Source: Candidatus Onthoplasma sp. (GTDB lineage Bacteria; Bacillota; Clostridia; Christensenellales; UBA1242). From it: 43,981 bases of DNA. This document shows, in pieces, positions 18,134 through 27,437 of this stretch. The stretch's first letter is position 1, and every line of letters starts with the position of its first letter. A model generated the notes under the pieces. The model did no database searches, was not told the DNA's origin, and saw only the letters and a list, made by a program, of their open reading frames with translations. A program made the position numbers and the translations under genes. Where the stretch lies: positions 1-43,981 of the forward strand of contig JBNMLD010000003.1 in NCBI GenBank assembly GCA_050874685.1, written 5' to 3'.

Positions 18134-21100
18134 AGACTCGTCAAATGCGGTTGCATTGACATCATTTTCGTAACTCTTTTGAATATCATCAAATTCAAGA
18201 GTGATATCTTCAAGAGCTTGTTTATTAACTGGTTCAACTGCAGTAACTTCTTCGCCTTCTTCACTGACTTCGTTAATTGTAAGTTCGTGATTATCAGCTG
18301 TCAATATCTTAACGTCCAAGCACAAACCTTGCATTTCTTTAACCAAAACTTTAAATGATTCTGGCATACCAGGTTCTGGGATTGGTTCGCCTTTTACAAT
18401 TGCCTCATAGGTCTTGATACGACCTTCAACGTCATCAGATTTAATTGTAAGCATTTCTTGCAACAATCTTGATGCACCGTATGCTTCCAATGCCCAAACT
18501 TCCATTTCACCAAAACGTTGACCACCAAGTTGGCTACGTCCGCCAAGAGGTTGTTGTGTAATAAGTGCATAAGTACCAATGCCACGTGCGTGGATTTTAT
18601 CATCAACCATGTGGTCAAGTTTTAACATATACATTACACCAACTGTTGTTTTGTTTTCAAATGGCAAGCCTGTACGTCCATCGTAAAGTTGTGTTTTGCC
18701 ATCTTCAGGCAAATTATTTTCACGAAGCAAAGCTTTAATATCTTCTTCTGTTGCGCCATCAAATGCTGGTGTTGCAACTTTCCAGTCAAGATGTTTTGCA
18801 GCCCAACCCAAGTGAACTTCCAACAATTGGCTCAAATTCATACGTGATGGGATACCCAATGGGTTAAGCAAAATATCAACTGTTTCGCCATTTGGCATAT
18901 AAGGCATATCACATTCTGGAAGAACAACTGATACAACACCTTTGTTACCATAACGACCTGCAAGTTTATCACCAACTTGAAGCACACGTTTTTGTGCGAT
19001 GTAAACTTTAACACACATATTTACGCCAGCATCAAGTTCATCTTTATTTTTACGTGACAAGATTTCAACACCAACAACAACACCTTCTTCGCCATGTTTA
19101 ACTTTCAAAGATGTGTTTTTAACTTCTTTTGTCTTTTCACCAAAGATTGCTTTCAAAAGTCTTTCTTCTGGTGTTAAGTCTGTTTCGCCTTTTGGTGTTA
19201 CTTTACCAACCAAGATATCGCCTGGGCGAACTTCAGTACCGATACGAACAATACCATTTTCATCCAAATTTTTCAAAGCATCTTCGCCAACACCTGCGAT
19301 ATCACGAGTGATTTCTTCATCGCCAAGTTTTGTTGTACGAGCTTCTGTTTTAACTTGTTGAATACTGATTGATGTATAAGCATCTTCACGAACTATACGT
19401 TGGTTAATCAAAATAGCATCTTCGAAGTTGTAACCTTCCCAGTTCATGAATGCAACTGTCATGTTCTTGCCAAGTGCAACTTCGCCTTTATCTGTTGATG
19501 CACCATCTGCAAGAACATCGCCGGCTTTAACCTTTTCACCTTTCTTAACAATTGGTTTTTGGTTGAAGCATGCTTTTTCGTTTGTACGTTCGAATTTACG
19601 AAGTTTGTGGTTTACAATACTGCCGTCTGCATATTCCATTGTGATGTAGTCTGCAGATACATATTTACAAACACCGTCTTGTTCAGCAAGGATAAGTGCT
19701 CCAGAGTCAACAGCAATTTTGTGTTCAACACCTGTACCAACGATAGGACTATCACATTTGATAAGTGGAACAGCTTGACATTGCATGTTTGAACCCATCA
19801 ATGCACGGTTACCTGGGCTGTGTTCAACAAACGGAATAAGGTTTGCACCAATAGACAAACATTGTTTTGGGCTCAATTCGATTAAGTCAACCATTGAACT
19901 GTCAACACGTTCAGCTTGTCCATTGTAACGGCATTCAATAATGCCAGTTTTTAAAGTTTTATCATCATTCAAGTCAATTGTTGCTGGTGCGATATAGTGT
20001 CCACGTTCTTCATCAGCCATTAAGAATACGATATCGTCAGTAACTTTTCTTGTTTTAGGGTCAATTTTTCTAAATGGAGTTTCAATAAATCCATATTTAT
20101 TTACACGTGCGTACGCAGCGATAGATGTCATCAAACCAATAGGTTGACCTTCTGGTGTTTCAACCAAACAGATACGACCATAATGGCTTGGGTTAATATC
20201 ACGCACTTCAACTGTTGCACGTTCTTTTTTAACACCGCCTGGGCCGAATGAGCTCAAACGACGTTTATGTCTTAAACTTGCAGCTGGGTTGATTTGGTCC
20301 ATCAATGCTGAAAGTTGGCTTGTTGCCATAAATTCTTTAAACACTTTGTTGATATGACGAGCATTTACGATTTGGCTTGGTGTGATATCAGTCAAATCAC
20401 GGCTTTGCAAACTTTCACGCACTTGTGCTTGAAGTTTTGTCATACCACGACGGAATTCATCACGAAGCAATTCGCCACATGTTGCAACACGACGCATTGA
20501 CAAGTTATCAATTTCGTCAGTTTCGCCCAAACCGTCAATCAAGTTCAAATGATAACTGATTGTAGCAACCATATCGTCCAATGTTACTTGGAAATCTTCA
20601 AGTTTATGAGCATTTTCTTTGATTGCTTGTTTTAAACCTTCTTCATCGCCCTTATGTGCTTTCATGATTTCTTGAAGCAAAGGAAGATAAACAAGTTCTG
20701 TTATACCAAATTCTGCTGGGTCAAGTTTTGCATACGCTTTAAGGTCAACACGTTGGTTACCAACAACACGCACAACTTTATCTTCAAGCATAACATCAAC
20801 TGAATTGATACCTGCGTTTTGGATTGCTACTGCTGTATCATGGTCAATAAATTCGCCTTGACTTACAAACAATTTTTTGCCAAGTTTGATATCTGTTGCT
20901 GCAATTTGGTCTGTAATACGGTTTGCAAGTGACAATTTTTTGTTCACTTTGAAACGACCAACTTTTTCAAGATTGTAATGTTGTTGATTGAAGAAACGGT
21001 CGTTAATATATGACAATGTATTTTCAGGGTTTGGAATTTCGCCTGGACGAGTACGTCTGCCAAATTCAATAAGAGCATCTTCTTGTGTGATTTGAGGTTC

Positions 21101-21781
21101 TTTTTCCAAAGTGTTGACAATAAATGGGTGGTGACCATAGATTTCAAGCAATTCTTCGTTTGTGTAGCCAAAGCATTTAAGCAATACACCAGCACTCATT
21201 TTAAACTTACGTTCAACGATAACACGAAGGGTGTCGCCTGTTACTTGTTCTGTTTGAACCCACATACCATAACTTGGTTGAATTGCACCATTATAGTCCA
21301 TACGACCATATTTATTGATTTCGCCACCAAATACAACACCTGGAGATTTAATCAATTGGTTAAGAACAACCCTTTCAACACCATTACAGATAAAGCCTGC
21401 ATCTTTGCTCATGTAAGGAATATCGCCCATGAATACTTCTTGGTCCATGATTTGACCTGTTTCCTTAACAAGCAAACGAACGTTGACTTTAAGTGGAACT
21501 GTGTAGCTCATTTGTTTAACTTTGCATTCGTTCCATGAATACTTTGGTGTGCGGTCGATAGAATAGCCTAAAAAAGACAACTCGGCTTTGTTCGAGTAGT
21601 CTATGATAGGGTTGTATTCGTTCAACACCTCACCAATGCCCTCATTTAAGAATCTTTCATAACTCTCTTTTGCAATGCTTAACAAATCAGGCATAACATA
21701 AGGGACTTCTTTTTTGGCAAAACTCATACGTTCAGCTTTGCCTTGTTTTAGTTTTTTGATGTTCAGTGTGTTTGAATTCAT
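18107..21781 (-). CDS. rpoB: DNA-directed RNA polymerase beta subunit
   Basis: HKRRLS.FGPGG, ETPEG, GYNFEDA, GDKLAGRYGNKG, GGQRFGEMEVWALEAYGA. Confidence 0.99.
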   Translation of the reverse strand: MNSNTLNIKKLKQGKAERMSFAKKEVPYVMPDLLSIAKESYERFLNEGIGEVLNEYNPIIDYSNKAELSFLGYSIDRTPKYSWNECKVKQMSYTVPLKVNVRLLVKETGQIMDQEVFMGDIPYMSKDAGFICNGVERVVLNQLIKSPGVVFGGEINKYGRMDYNGAIQPSYGMWVQTEQVTGDTLRVIVERKFKMSAGVLLKCFGYTNEELLEIYGHHPFIVNTLEKEPQITQEDALIEFGRRTRPGEIPNPENTLSYINDRFFNQQHYNLEKVGRFKVNKKLSLANRITDQIAATDIKLGKKLFVSQGEFIDHDTAVAIQNAGINSVDVMLEDKVVRVVGNQRVDLKAYAKLDPAEFGITELVYLPLLQEIMKAHKGDEEGLKQAIKENAHKLEDFQVTLDDMVATISYHLNLIDGLGETDEIDNLSMRRVATCGELLRDEFRRGMTKLQAQVRESLQSRDLTDITPSQIVNARHINKVFKEFMATSQLSALMDQINPAASLRHKRRLSSFGPGGVKKERATVEVRDINPSHYGRICLVETPEGQPIGLMTSIAAYARVNKYGFIETPFRKIDPKTRKVTDDIVFLMADEERGHYIAPATIDLNDDKTLKTGIIECRYNGQAERVDSSMVDLIELSPKQCLSIGANLIPFVEHSPGNRALMGSNMQCQAVPLIKCDSPIVGTGVEHKIAVDSGALILAEQDGVCKYVSADYITMEYADGSIVNHKLRKFERTNEKACFNQKPIVKKGEKVKAGDVLADGASTDKGEVALGKNMTVAFMNWEGYNFEDAILINQRIVREDAYTSISIQQVKTEARTTKLGDEEITRDIAGVGEDALKNLDENGIVRIGTEVRPGDILVGKVTPKGETDLTPEERLLKAIFGEKTKEVKNTSLKVKHGEEGVVVGVEILSRKNKDELDAGVNMCVKVYIAQKRVLQVGDKLAGRYGNKGVVSVVLPECDMPYMPNGETVDILLNPLGIPSRMNLSQLLEVHLGWAAKHLDWKVATPAFDGATEEDIKALLRENNLPEDGKTQLYDGRTGLPFENKTTVGVMYMLKLDHMVDDKIHARGIGTYALITQQPLGGRSQLGGQRFGEMEVWALEAYGASRLLQEMLTIKSDDVEGRIKTYEAIVKGEPIPEPGMPESFKVLVKEMQGLCLDVKILTADNHELTINEVSEEGEEVTAVEPVNKQALEDITLEFDDIQKSYENDVNATAFDESELFDDLDE

Positions 21782-21875
21782 CCATTAACTCCTTATTCAG
21801 TTGTACGCTCACAAACCTTTATACATAGTATAAATGGGCATAATCCACCCTAGCGAGACTTTTTCATACTGGCTG

Positions 21876-21904
21876 ATTTTAACATAATAAACAAGTTATG
21901 TCAA
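21876..21904 (-). promoter_or_regulatory. sigmaA promoter of rpoBC
   Basis: TTGACA-17-TAAAAT with TG at -15/-14, about 90 nt upstream of the rpoB ATG. Confidence 0.75.
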
Positions 21905-22127
21905 TAGATTTTTAGCAAAATTTGCACAATTTTTAAATATAATTTTTGCCAGTTTCAAACAACTTTAAACATAAAGTTTACAATTTGATTTTGTTAAACA
22001 ATTTGAAAAGCAACAAAAAACCAGTTTGCCAAACAAAACTGAAAACAACTTTGCGTTTCAATCTTTGCCAACTGGTTAATCTGTTTATTATGAATTTTAA
22101 ACAAATCTAACATAAAAATCTTAATAG

Positions 22128-22547
22128 TTAAATTTCACTGTTGTATGAAGAAGCAATCCTTGTGTAATGATTTTCGAAATCCGCCACCATCATTGCAACT
22201 TCTTCCCTGGTTAAAACTTTATCAATTGGCCATCTTTTAGATTTAAAATAGCCAACATTTGACCCATAAGACACAATGAGCATACATTTTGAATAATTTA
22301 CTGAAGCATGTTCATGGTCAACAACCACAGAATAATCGTTATCACACAACTTCTTTGTCAAATTATAAGGAATATTGTTGAAATCATCAACCATCAAGTT
22401 GCCAACTTCATAAATTTCATCTGTTAAAATGTTTTTCACAGCATTGTATTCAGAATTTAAATATAAAGGTTCAAATTTGCCTGTAAGTTTATCAATTCTG
22501 TAATACATACGTTTTAAGCGATATTTCTTATTATTTTCTGTTTGCAC
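22128..22547 (-). CDS. hypothetical protein
   Basis: 139-aa ORF, GTG start with GGGAG SD, own TTGACA/TAATAT promoter. Confidence 0.7.
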   Translation of the reverse strand: MQTENNKKYRLKRMYYRIDKLTGKFEPLYLNSEYNAVKNILTDEIYEVGNLMVDDFNNIPYNLTKKLCDNDYSVVVDHEHASVNYSKCMLIVSYGSNVGYFKSKRWPIDKVLTREEVAMMVADFENHYTRIASSYNSEI

Positions 22548-22627
22548 AATAATCTCCCATAAATGGGCAACCCATTTCTATACCTATATTATCACATCAA
22601 CAAAATTTGTCAACAGATTTCATATTT

Positions 22628-24072
22628 TTAAATCTTTCTATTATTTGACAATGTTGCCACTTTTACATTGAATTTTGTTATATAACCACTAGCATAATAT
22701 TGATCGTTTTTCCTTTCATATTCACCATTTGTTGTGGCAACTTTATAGCTAAATCTAGATTCTTTAATGTCCGCTCTCATGCCATATTTATATGCTGGTT
22801 TAAGCCAGCCGTATGGAGCACATACCTCATTTACATATTTGTCACCCACTGAAGTAATGGAAGAAAGATAAACTCTCGTTGTTGTATGGTATCCTATTGG
22901 CAATGTGCCACTATACATAGTTATTCCACCATGATTCAAATTAGATTTGTATGCACAATTTGACACAGTTTGACCTGTCTCTTTTGCTGATCCTACAATA
23001 TTTGCCATATAGAAAGCAAACACGTTTTACCAGATGCTGTTAATTTGCCAGTAAACAAACACTTATCAATTTTTGCCTCTCCTTTCTCACCACAACAGGC
23101 ACCGACAATACCACCCATTGTTAAACTTCTGCCAGTATTGACAAAATTTGTTGGAAAGTTAAATTCCATACTAACAGCAGAACTGCAATTGTCTACTGTG
23201 TATGTGTTGGTATTTGTTACATTAAATTTACCGACAATACCACCCAACACTCCTATTTCTTGTTTAAAGACCCCATGGACTGAATCAGTTACTGTTGCTG
23301 GAGTCACATTAATAATGCTATTTTTATCAACTAGACATCCACTGATGTTTGTATTAGTTGCATTCCCAACTAGGCACCCAACACCATTGGCATAACTACC
23401 TCTAATAGTCACATTCTCTAGACATAGATTTTTTATTGTTGCGTTTTCCACAAACCCAAAAAAACCACCTGAATTTTCATTTGACATGTTAATATTCACG
23501 TTGCTAATCTTACATCCATTTCCATCAAACGTACCTCTAAAAGGGTGTCCAGCTTCACCAATTGGAGTCCACGAACCGCCTAATGAAAACGATGCTGTTA
23601 ATTTAACTATAGAGTTTTGATAATCATTAGATCCTGATTTTACATTATCTGCAACGGTGGATAAAGAAGAAACTCCACCAACAAGATATGTGCCAGATAC
23701 TGATACATACTCATTTTGATTAATTTGCGTAATCTTTTTATCTATAATTGAAAAATAAATCTTTTCTTTTCCAACAGAATAGACAAGCATTATTGATTTT
23801 GAAGTTGTTTTTATAAGATCACAAATCTTTACATTTGCTTTGGATTTGACTTTTATTTTAGTTAAAAGTTTATCCATGGTATCATCTTCTAATGTGACTT
23901 CTTGCTTAACCGTAATGAAAACATCTCCAGACGCAGTTTTTATTGAGATGGTTGATTGTAATTTAGAAGAAAATATAAGCCCAATAACAACAAAAAACAC
24001 TGCAATAATCAAACAAGAAATGACAATTGCATAAATTGGTTTAAGTTTCAAAATCTTACTGTTTATATCCAT
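22628..24072 (-). pseudogene. GLUG-motif surface protein split by a 1-nt frameshift (ORFs 22993-24072 and 22628-23023)
   Basis: paralog of 12055-13602 (TM, WTPIG, FRGTFDGNG, GGIVG); adding one A to the A4 run at 23025-23028 fuses the ORFs to ..SGKNVFAFYMANIVG.. Confidence 0.7.
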
Positions 24073-24381
24073 ATCTCACAATTATATCCAATTATAAATA
24101 TTGTTGTCAATTTTTCGCTCATACTTATTTTCAAAATTTATTTTAGCGGAAAAAAGGGAGATAAATTCTCCCCTTTTAGTTTCATTAAACCACTTAAAAT
24201 TTTGACTTTTGTAATGTTGTAATTTTAGATAACTAGCAAATTTTGCTTTTCGGTTTAAACAACATGGTGTCATACAAGAAAAGCATCAATACTATTACCT
24301 ATTCATTTTAACCAATTGAGTGTTTTAAGTTTGGGCTTGTTTGGTTTTTGCAAGTACACAAACTTAACAACACATCATCAA

Positions 24382-24588
24382 TTAGCAGCCTTGAGGGCCT
24401 TTATTGCCACAACCACAGCCACAAAGCAACAACAAAATGATTATAAGCAAGCATGGGTCAATACGGCAACCACAATTGCAGAGCAACAAAATAAGGATAA
24501 TTATCCAAGCGAAGTCGCCACATCCGCAACCGTTGTTCATGTTTTCGTTGCAACCACAATCGTTGCCACCAAAGAATTTGTTGAACAT
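24382..24588 (-). CDS. small Cys/Gly-rich hydrophobic protein (possible spore-associated protein)
   Basis: AGGAGG SD; two CGC..IIILLLLC repeats; downstream hairpin at 24325-24366. Confidence 0.75.
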   Translation of the reverse strand: MFNKFFGGNDCGCNENMNNGCGCGDFAWIIILILLLCNCGCRIDPCLLIIILLLLCGCGCGNKGPQGC

Positions 24589-24765
24589 AGTTCCTCCTAA
24601 ATGTGTTTTTATATGTATTTACAAAGAATTTCTTAAGTGCATTAAATTCCTTTGTATAGTACATAGTACGTTGCAGGCTAAAAAAAAGTTACGGAAAAAC
24701 TTAAATCTCCGTAAACTTTTATTATATTGTTGAAGTTAATCAAATATTCTTAAATTTTTGAGATA

Positions 24766-25461
24766 CTAATCTAATTGACTATCTTCTTTTAAATGTTTGG
24801 CATAATTTTGCCATGCTTTTGATTTTTGTTGCTTAACATTCACCCATTTACCGTTCACCAACTTGATAAACGGATTGACATAATTGGTATTATCATCTGG
24901 TTCCCAATAATCGTGCTTACGTTTCAAATAACCGCAAAGCATTTCTTCAGTGAAAAGCCTAAAATGATTTAAATCAGTTGAAACACAAAGTCCATAGGGA
25001 TGATACAAACCTGCACACAAATGTGTGTGTCCAAAAAAGTTGCACATGTTTTTCTTGCCATCTTTTATTTGATGTACCAAATTCACCTTTCTTCCACATG
25101 TTTCAATAATTAGTTCGCGATGCACCTCTTTTATGCCATGTTCAAAACAACAATGCTTAAATTTTTCAAAGTTGTTGTCAAAAAAGTATTTAACAATCCT
25201 ATCTTCGTTGTTACCCATTATAAGGATAATATCCGCATTGATTTTTTTAACTTGTTTTAAACCAATTTCCCATTCATGTGTATCTGGTCCATCACAATCA
25301 AGCAAATCACCCACAACATAAATTGTGTCGCCTTTCTTAGCCGTTTTATTACAGTTGTTAACAATAAATTTATCGTATTCTTTTATGTTCCTAAACGGAC
25401 GATTATCTGTTTTCATTGTAAGCGCATCAGCAAAATGAATATCCGCTGTAAAAAATTTCAT
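24766..25461 (-). CDS. calcineurin-like metallophosphoesterase
   Basis: ADIHF, VGD, GNNED, GHTH; start MKFF with AAAGGGG SD. Confidence 0.85.
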   Translation of the reverse strand: MKFFTADIHFADALTMKTDNRPFRNIKEYDKFIVNNCNKTAKKGDTIYVVGDLLDCDGPDTHEWEIGLKQVKKINADIILIMGNNEDRIVKYFFDNNFEKFKHCCFEHGIKEVHRELIIETCGRKVNLVHQIKDGKKNMCNFFGHTHLCAGLYHPYGLCVSTDLNHFRLFTEEMLCGYLKRKHDYWEPDDNTNYVNPFIKLVNGKWVNVKQQKSKAWQNYAKHLKEDSQLD

Positions 25462-25484
25462 TTGTACCCCTTTCACGCAATCTA

Positions 25485-26564
25485 CTAATAACTGAACGAT
25501 TGCAATTTCTCAACTATCATTTGCTTTAATTGCACAATATTTTTGCCAGACTTTGCCCCAATATAACATGTATCATAATGATAACGCTTTAAATTCTGCA
25601 CATCTGCATTTGTTATTTTATCTATTTTGTTGTAAACCAAAATAATGCGATTTGGGTCAATTTCAAGACGTTTAAATTCACGTTCCACAACCTCAATTTG
25701 GTCATAACAATGTGGGTCACTTGCATCAACAACCATTAAAAGGACATTCGCATCAAGTGTTTCTTCCAAGGTTGCAGAAAATGCGTACATAAGTTCATGT
25801 GGCAAATTTGAAACAAAGCCTACAGTATCAATCAAAACATATTCTGTGCCGTTATCCCAAACCTTTTTTGAAAGCACATCAAGTGTGGCAAAAAGCCTAT
25901 CATCAGCATAAGTGCCTGCCTTTGAAATAGCATTCATCAATGTCGATTTGCCTGCGTTTGTATAGCCTACCAAAGCAACACTTTTCATACGAGACAAACG
26001 TTGTTTACGTTGTGTTTGACGATTTTTTTGAATATCCTTAATTTCTTTTTCAAGCCTGATGATATCTTCTTGAATCTTGCGTTTGCTTAAATCTTTAAGT
26101 TTTTCGCCAGAGCCTTTGCCTGCTTGACGTTCTTGGTTAAGTTCAAGGCAACTCAACCTTGGCAAACTATATTTAAGTTGTGCCAGTTCAACTTGCAATT
26201 TGCCCTCGCCTGATTTTGCCCTGCCAGCAAAGATATCCAAAATCAGCATTGTGCGGTCAATGGTTTTAACATCAAAAATTTCACTTAAATTGCGCAATTG
26301 ACTGCCTGTGAGCGGGCAATCAAGGATAACAATTGTTGCACCCAAATCTTTGATTTCATCACGGATTTCTTCAGCCTTACCGATACCAAAATAAGTGCGT
26401 GCGTTTAGTTCTTTTGGTTGAAAAATATTGATTTTAACAATTTCATATAGAGCACTTTCAGTCAATTGCTCTAACTCTTTTGCCCTATGCTCCACATTTT
26501 CAACATCAACATAAGGGCACACCAAGTATGCCTTTTCTTTTATAACTTCATTATTAACAAACAT
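25485..26564 (-). CDS. hflX: ribosome-splitting GTPase HflX (possibly HflXr-like)
   Basis: DRTMLILDIFA, EGKLQVELAQLKY, GYTNAGKST, LFATLD, DTVGF, NKID; start MFVN with AAAGGAG SD. Confidence 0.92.
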   Translation of the reverse strand: MFVNNEVIKEKAYLVCPYVDVENVEHRAKELEQLTESALYEIVKINIFQPKELNARTYFGIGKAEEIRDEIKDLGATIVILDCPLTGSQLRNLSEIFDVKTIDRTMLILDIFAGRAKSGEGKLQVELAQLKYSLPRLSCLELNQERQAGKGSGEKLKDLSKRKIQEDIIRLEKEIKDIQKNRQTQRKQRLSRMKSVALVGYTNAGKSTLMNAISKAGTYADDRLFATLDVLSKKVWDNGTEYVLIDTVGFVSNLPHELMYAFSATLEETLDANVLLMVVDASDPHCYDQIEVVEREFKRLEIDPNRIILVYNKIDKITNADVQNLKRYHYDTCYIGAKSGKNIVQLKQMIVEKLQSFSY

Positions 26565-26747
26565 AAATTCTCCTTTAAACATAAAATTTAGGCACAATGC
26601 GGATAAAAAACCGCCACCGTTTATACTCCAAAAAACAATAAGTTCACAATTAAAATCTGCCTAAAATTTTAATTAGAGTTTAAAGATTTATGCTCATTTT
26701 TAACATCTCCTAAATTTTATTTTAACTTTTAAACCGCATATTGTCAA
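26562..26747 (-). promoter_or_regulatory. hflX promoter and putative translational attenuator with uORF MSINL (26680-26697)
   Basis: TTGACA-17-TAAAAT; AGGAG SD before the uORF; uORF sequence complementary to the hflX SD and AUG. Confidence 0.7.
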
Positions 26748-26892
26748 TAAATTATTATTTAGAAATGTGATTTTTGATTTTATTTATGCTGAAATTTGGC
26801 TGTTATTTCGCACATTCTCCTCGCAAAAGGCAGGCAAAAAAGCAAATACCAACAAAAAATGCACTGTTGAAAGTGCATTTTATATATAAGGT

Positions 26893-27333
26893 TTATTGTT
26901 GAACACTGTTTTCTTTGATAAATTCAACTGTTTGAATCAAAACATCTTTTGTGTCAATCATTGATTGAATCTTTGCCAAAATCATGTCTTCTTCTTCAAT
27001 TTTTCTTTTATTCAACCAGTTAAAAATCAAATGTCTCTTTTTTGTTTTTGCAACGATTGTAAGGGCATTTTTTTCAAGCAATTCATCATCTTTCAATTTT
27101 TGCATCAACTTGCCAACATGTGTAAGTTTTGCAAGCACATCGCTCCAATTTTCACTGCCCAAAGTCATATATAATTTGTAATAAATGTCGTTCATGATGC
27201 CTACACGTTGATTTTTTGATTGCATGCGTGTGATTTCATTCATTGTGTCGTAAATTTTGCCAACATATTCACAAACAACCGCTTCCCTTGTTGTCATTGC
27301 TGGTATGATTGGCATACTATAATATTTTTCCAT
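26893..27333 (-). CDS. hypothetical helical protein
   Basis: 146-aa ORF, GAGG SD, TTGACA/TGgTATAAT promoter, terminator hairpin at ~26855-26881. Confidence 0.7.
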   Translation of the reverse strand: MEKYYSMPIIPAMTTREAVVCEYVGKIYDTMNEITRMQSKNQRVGIMNDIYYKLYMTLGSENWSDVLAKLTHVGKLMQKLKDDELLEKNALTIVAKTKKRHLIFNWLNKRKIEEEDMILAKIQSMIDTKDVLIQTVEFIKENSVQQ

Positions 27334-27437
27334 TTAAAACCTCAACTTTCTTTCATTATACCATAAAGGTAAATTTTGTCAATAGTCAATTTTTTAAAAT
27401 TGTTGCAAAAAATGTAATAATTTGTTAATATGTACGC

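Noticed and set aside
14324-21538. Many 60-170-aa ORFs antisense or out of frame within rpoB and rpoC (also within secA, iscS and the 1267-aa gene)
   Set aside because: Shadow ORFs caused by codon bias of the real genes; no SD or recognisable motifs.
12055-24072. GLUG paralogs as diversity-generating retroelement targets
   Set aside because: No reverse transcriptase and no TR/VR pair with adenine-specific mismatches seen in the window.
24316-24733. Overlapping ORFs 24316-24600, 24404-24733 and 24458-24664
   Set aside because: Alternative frames of the Cys-rich gene, which alone has a strong SD.
26709-26720. 12-bp perfect complement to 26581-26592 as an alternative hflX leader stem
   Set aside because: Most of it lies between the -10 box and the predicted TSS (~26712), so it would not be in the transcript.
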